A stretch of 57,530 nucleotides of DNA, from positions 1 through 57,530 of the forward strand of contig JASVEC010000102.1 of the NCBI GenBank assembly GCA_030770535.1, written 5' to 3'. Shown here in pieces: positions 52,763-57,530 of the stretch. Each line of letters starts with the position of its first letter. Within the stretch, counting starts at the first letter, position 1. Below the pieces are notes generated by a model. The model had not been told where the DNA came from, did no database searches, and worked only from the letters and a program-made list of their open reading frames with translations. This DNA is from Batkoa obscura (lineage: Eukaryota). A program made the position numbers and the translations under genes.

Positions 52763-55584
52763 TTAAAGAACGAATAAAAATTTCAAATCTTCTTCTGTAA
52801 GTTTCGATAAAGCCGATGTATCTTTACCAATAGTCGATTGAAACAAAGCATGTTTCTTTGCTTGAAGCTGTAAAATACGAGATTCAATTGAATTTTCCAC
52901 AACTAAACGAGTAACTTGGATTGGACGATATTGGCCTAATCGATGGATACGATCCATAGCTTGATCTTCTACAGCTGGATTCCACCATGGATCACATATA
53001 AATACTCGACTTGCTTCGGTTAAATTTAAGGCTATACCACCTGCTTTTAAGGAGATGAGAAAGACAGTATATTCATGACGCTGCATAAAGCTAAATATCG
53101 AATTAATACTTATAGTTTTAATTTAATAAAATAAAATTACGTTTTAATAATAGCATCTCTTTGAGCAGGACGCATACGACCATCCAATCGACAACAAGCA
53201 AAACCAGCTCGATGTAGTCGCCAAGCTACTAAATCTAAAAAATTCACAAATTGAGAAAATACAATTGATTTGATTGTATGATCTTGAGATCGAAGTTTAT
53301 CTAATTCTTCTACTAAAGCTTCAATTTTAGTAGAAGAACGCCACTTTTTCATATCAATTCGGTTCACAATACTACCCCTAAATGTTTCGCCAGCTACTTT
53401 AAAATCTTTATCATTGATTTGATGAGATGTTTTTTCAGCTTCTTTAATTTCTTCTTCATCATTTTCAGGAATTAAAGAATCTTGTGAAAGATCGATCGTT
53501 AATGGTACGTAACACGTTGGACATTTAGGATGGGAATCCAAACTACTATCTAGGAATTGGCGGATATCTTCCCTACAAAACACATGTTTGCATTTGGAAA
53601 TAATAGGATCTTCAGCTTCATCTTGGCATAATCCACAAATTAAACTATTTTTAATTTGTGTTAGTCTTTTATTTGGATCTAAATTCCCATTCTTCATCAT
53701 TGGGATACGTCTTAAAATTAAATCTGGGTGATTCACTGCTAATCGCATCTTTGTGATCAATTCAAAGATATTAGCATAATGATTTAATACAGTTCCTTCT
53801 TCAACATAAGTACTAAATTTACGTTTAGAATCAGTATATAAGGATTCATACATATCTTCTTCTTCTTCATTAAATACATCTCTACGAACAGTAACTATTT
53901 TAGGCGGTAAACCTAAATCATCTGCCTTTTCTACTTTAGTACGACGTAACATGACTTTATCTAATAACTTTGTCAATTTTTCAAAGCCTAGTTTTCCTTC
54001 CCCAACATTACCATAATTTTGAATGGGCTTTAAAATCTCAGCATTCCACCAACAAAAATGTTTCATTGGGGAATGGCCACAAGCATCACAACTATTATAC
54101 CCTTTGAAAGCCCATGTTAAACTTTTACAATCACAATCTCGACAAAAATAATAACTAAATGGATCACATTTTAAAAATCGAATTAATGAATATAATTCAC
54201 CCACTCGATTTTGTAAGGGAGTACCGGTCAATGCCCATTTACGTTGTGCTTTTAAAGCAAATACAGCACGAGCCGTACTACAAGAGCGATCTTTAATATA
54301 ATGGCCTTCATCTAAAATGACTCGAAACCAATCTGTTTGATGAATTGGTGAACTTTCTTTGACTTTTTCTCCTTTTCGTGTAAATCCATAATTTTGTTTT
54401 CTAAAACCAGATTCAATAATATTATAAGTAGTTAGTATAATATCATATTTTTTTAGTTCAGCTAATGAACGTGTACGATCTTGTCCATAATATAATAATA
54501 CATTTAGTGTTGTTGTATGTGTGTTAATTTCATTAAGCCATTGCATGAGAGCTACAGTTGGAGCAACTAATAAATTGGGTTTGCCTCTTGGCTCTGATAA
54601 TAATAGAGAAATCATTTGAATTGTTTTTCCCATTCCCATCTCATCGGCTAAAATACCACCCATAAACTCACTTTGTTCTTGCTTTTTCATCCAATTTAAT
54701 CCTTCTTTTTGAAATGGCAATAATTTAAGTTTGAGGTCATTTGGTTGTTCACTCTGTTCTATTTCAATGACTTCCATACCATCTAATTTATCCCAAACAT
54801 CCTTTACCTCTGGATGGAAGGCTTGTACTCTTGGGTCTACAGTTGGATGAGTCCTCAAATAAGATTTGCTAAACCCACCAATTTTTTCTTCTTTTTCACG
54901 ACTTCTTCTATTATTAGTTCGTCCTCCCCTCCTTGGGGCCCTTCTAGTTTCAACAACAACGACAGCATCATCTGAATCGCTATTAACAGCTGATAAAGGG
55001 GAATCATCGGATGGTAATGGAGACTCAGCTTTGAACTCAGATTCGTCCGATGACGTTATAATTACTTGAGGATCCTTATCATCATCAGCATTTGTTTCCT
55101 CTCTAATTGATTCCTTCTTTAGTGTTTTTTTTGTGAATTTATCCAAACTCTCTGGGGTCGCTAGATTAACTGTAGCCTTTTTGTTATCTCTAGTACTCCT
55201 TTGATTTTTCTTGGGGATTACTTTTGGTGTTTGAAAATCTTCATCGGAAGATATGCTTATAATTTCCCAAGTTTCTTCCCCATTTGAATTAATTTTGATT
55301 TGATTTAACTTCTTTTCTGAAATTCTTTTACTTCTGCGTGGTTTTTTAGCTTCTACTGTGCTGGATACATTTTCATCGTCATCGTTTGTTGTAGATTTGG
55401 CTAGAGTAGCCGGGCTCGTCTTTTTTACTTGATCTGGAGTCCTTTTAATCGGTTTTTTCCTTTTGCTTGGTTCTAAAGGGATAGAATCAAAGTCTTCTTG
55501 TTCCAACTCTAATATCTCATTAGCCTTAGTTTCCTCTTTTTTATCGACTTGGGTTGTTTTTTGTAACCTCGTTGATCTTCTCAT
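52763..55584 (-). CDS. RAD16: SNF2-family RING helicase Rad16 (global-genome NER); intron 53091-53140
   Basis: GGILADEMGMGKT, ILDEGH, TGTPLQNR, Cys-rich insert, RING finger, SSTKIEALVEEL, SLKAGGIALNLTEAS, QAMDRIHRLGQ. Confidence 0.95.
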
Positions 55585-57059
55585 CTCTTTCAGTGAAAAT
55601 ACTTTTTTAAAATAAGAAGTACCTTACTTCGATTTCAATTAACTTTTATTTATTCTTTAGATTTGAATCGAATTTAATTGTAGTTTTATTGGTTATAATT
55701 TATGCGTGGCTTGCTTAGTTATTACTGTAACTTGCTAAATTAAGGTTACTAATTTAACTTATCAAAGTCTCGATTGTTTATATTTATTTTATATAGAAAA
55801 TATTAATAATTGATTAAAACAACCTTGATGAATAAAACCTATTCAAAACCACTGATATATTAAATACTTGAATAGTTGCCTATAGTTCTTTTAGACCAAG
55901 CTCTAAAAAGCAAGTGATTTGCTAATATAAACTAGCTAAATAAAATAATCATAAACCTATAATATTAATGACTATGAACCTCTTATACCAGCTCTCACAT
56001 AGGTTTGAATATAAAAAATATATTATAGAATAAAGTGGAGAAAAATTTAGATATACACTTTTGTGTTAAAAGGGAGTAAAATAACATTTGACTTATAATT
56101 TCTTTTAGTTATTTTTTTACATATTTTTTAATATTTGTGAAAAGTAATTGCTGTTCAAAGGAAGTTTAATTTGTTATTTTGTTTACTAGATACAAAAGAA
56201 AATGGTTGACTTTTTCAAAACAATGCAAAAAATAGCTTGATTAACTTGAATACATAATATGTAATTTTATCAAGGTTTTATTATTGTAAACTAAAATAGG
56301 CAAAAAAATTTTTAAGTCTGTTGTTGCCTAATTTATTTAACATTGTAGGTTGTTCAAATTCGAATGTAACATTAAACAATTTGAACAATAAAACTGTTTT
56401 TTTTTGTTAAAAATAATTTAATATATATATCCCATCTTTATTATTATTAGTGTTTTTGATAAATTAACAGTTTTGTCTTGATCTTTACGTAAAAAAGTAA
56501 TTGTTTTTATATCTTCATCTTTATCTTCATCTATATAGTCAATTATTACTCTCATTTATTATAGTATATTCCAATATCTATTTATCTATTATAAAACTCA
56601 CATTCTGAGTACTTTAACGAAAATTCTCATTTTTTTATAACTTTATTATTACTATAAAAGATATTCATAATTTGTCATTCCATATATGATCATTTATTAA
56701 TTGTGACAATTCATTACTATATAGCTGTTATTATATAACATATTATTGTATGCTAAAATCCCTTTGATAAAAGTTTATTGGTATAGTTTATATTTATATC
56801 ATCTAACATTGTAGGGTTATTTTATTAAAATTGTAAATGAGTTTATTTTGAGTAGAATAAAATTGTAGTAATTAGACTAAAAAGCAAAAAATGAACTTTC
56901 ATAGTGAAATATTGGCCAATGATAAGTCACCTTTTAAACTTAAGTTTTAAACTAAAGTGACAAACTTTGAATTAATTTAACCTATTTATTTAACACAATA
57001 GTTTTTTTTTACAATCATAATAGTAAATCAATAACCAAAATAAAAAGGAATTAAGGATA

Positions 57060-57530
57060 ATGTCTGGGTCTAATAAAGGTATTTGAATAAAACAATATAG
57101 AATATACAACTAACAATGAAACTAGAAGGGGAAGAGATTTTAAAAAATGAAAGCGTTGATGAAATTGAAGGTTTAAAAAGGTATAAAATTGAACTTCCAT
57201 ATGGTTTAGTCCCACTGAACAAAAGGCTTCGTTTGAGTAATTCAATATTAATATTATATTATTATCAAGGTTGATATTTGCTTTAGGTTATCCAGGGGTA
57301 TATCCAGTGACTCGAGATCAACTTGAAGAAAAATTAGATCAAGAGAGAATTCGAAATGGTTTTTTTGATAAATACGTTGTTAAAGTAAATTAAATATTAC
57401 AAAGTGAATTCATTACTATACTGACCTTTTAAAAGAATGAAAATGTTCAAGGATTTCAATATTTAAAGGAAGCTTATTCAGATAAAAGAAAGTTAATGAA
57501 TCTTGGGAATTTTTTAGTAGATGTAATGAA
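57060..57530 (+). CDS. MED12: Mediator kinase-module subunit Med12/Srb8, 5' exons (runs off the window)
   Basis: Spliced KRLRLSYPGVYPVTRDQLEEKLDQERIRNGF resembles Med12 [31 protein letters not shown]. Confidence 0.7.

Noticed and set aside
42642..57245. ORFs 42642-42923, 43255-43440, 46405-46611, 54866-55069, 57051-57245
   Set aside because: Antisense shadows of real genes

Overview
Very AT-rich eukaryotic DNA with short (~45-65 nt) GT-AG introns. Gene content and intron style point to an early-diverging fungus, possibly Zoopagomycota-like; this is an inference. Two compact gene clusters flank a ~29 kb gene-free island. Left cluster (1.6-10.3 kb): OMS1-like methyltransferase, ZRSR2/URP-like splicing factor, divergent CMTR1-like cap methyltransferase with a decayed tandem paralog, TFIIH subunit Tfb1, and Vps55. 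Right cluster (40.9-57.5 kb): Zrc1/Cot1 zinc transporter, kanadaptin-like FHA protein, Sec39/NBAS-like protein, Yos1, Rad16 and the 5' end of Med12. The island holds four tRNA genes, four near-identical ~2.5 kb pseudogenised DDD-type DNA transposons (Sola2-like, GGGG termini, 4-bp mostly ATAT TSD) and several fragments of them. It also holds most of the roughly 35-40 related ~97 bp MITEs counted by eye across the window. Main findings: (1) an apparent single-nucleotide exon in Vps55; (2) a 3.2 kb inversion between two transposon copies, shown by swapped TSDs and a split older element; (3) the Sola2-like/MITE system itself, with nested, composite and self-insertions; (4) Tfb1 and Vps55 stop codons overlapping in one TTAA palindrome. 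All protein family calls come from recalled motifs, not database searches.
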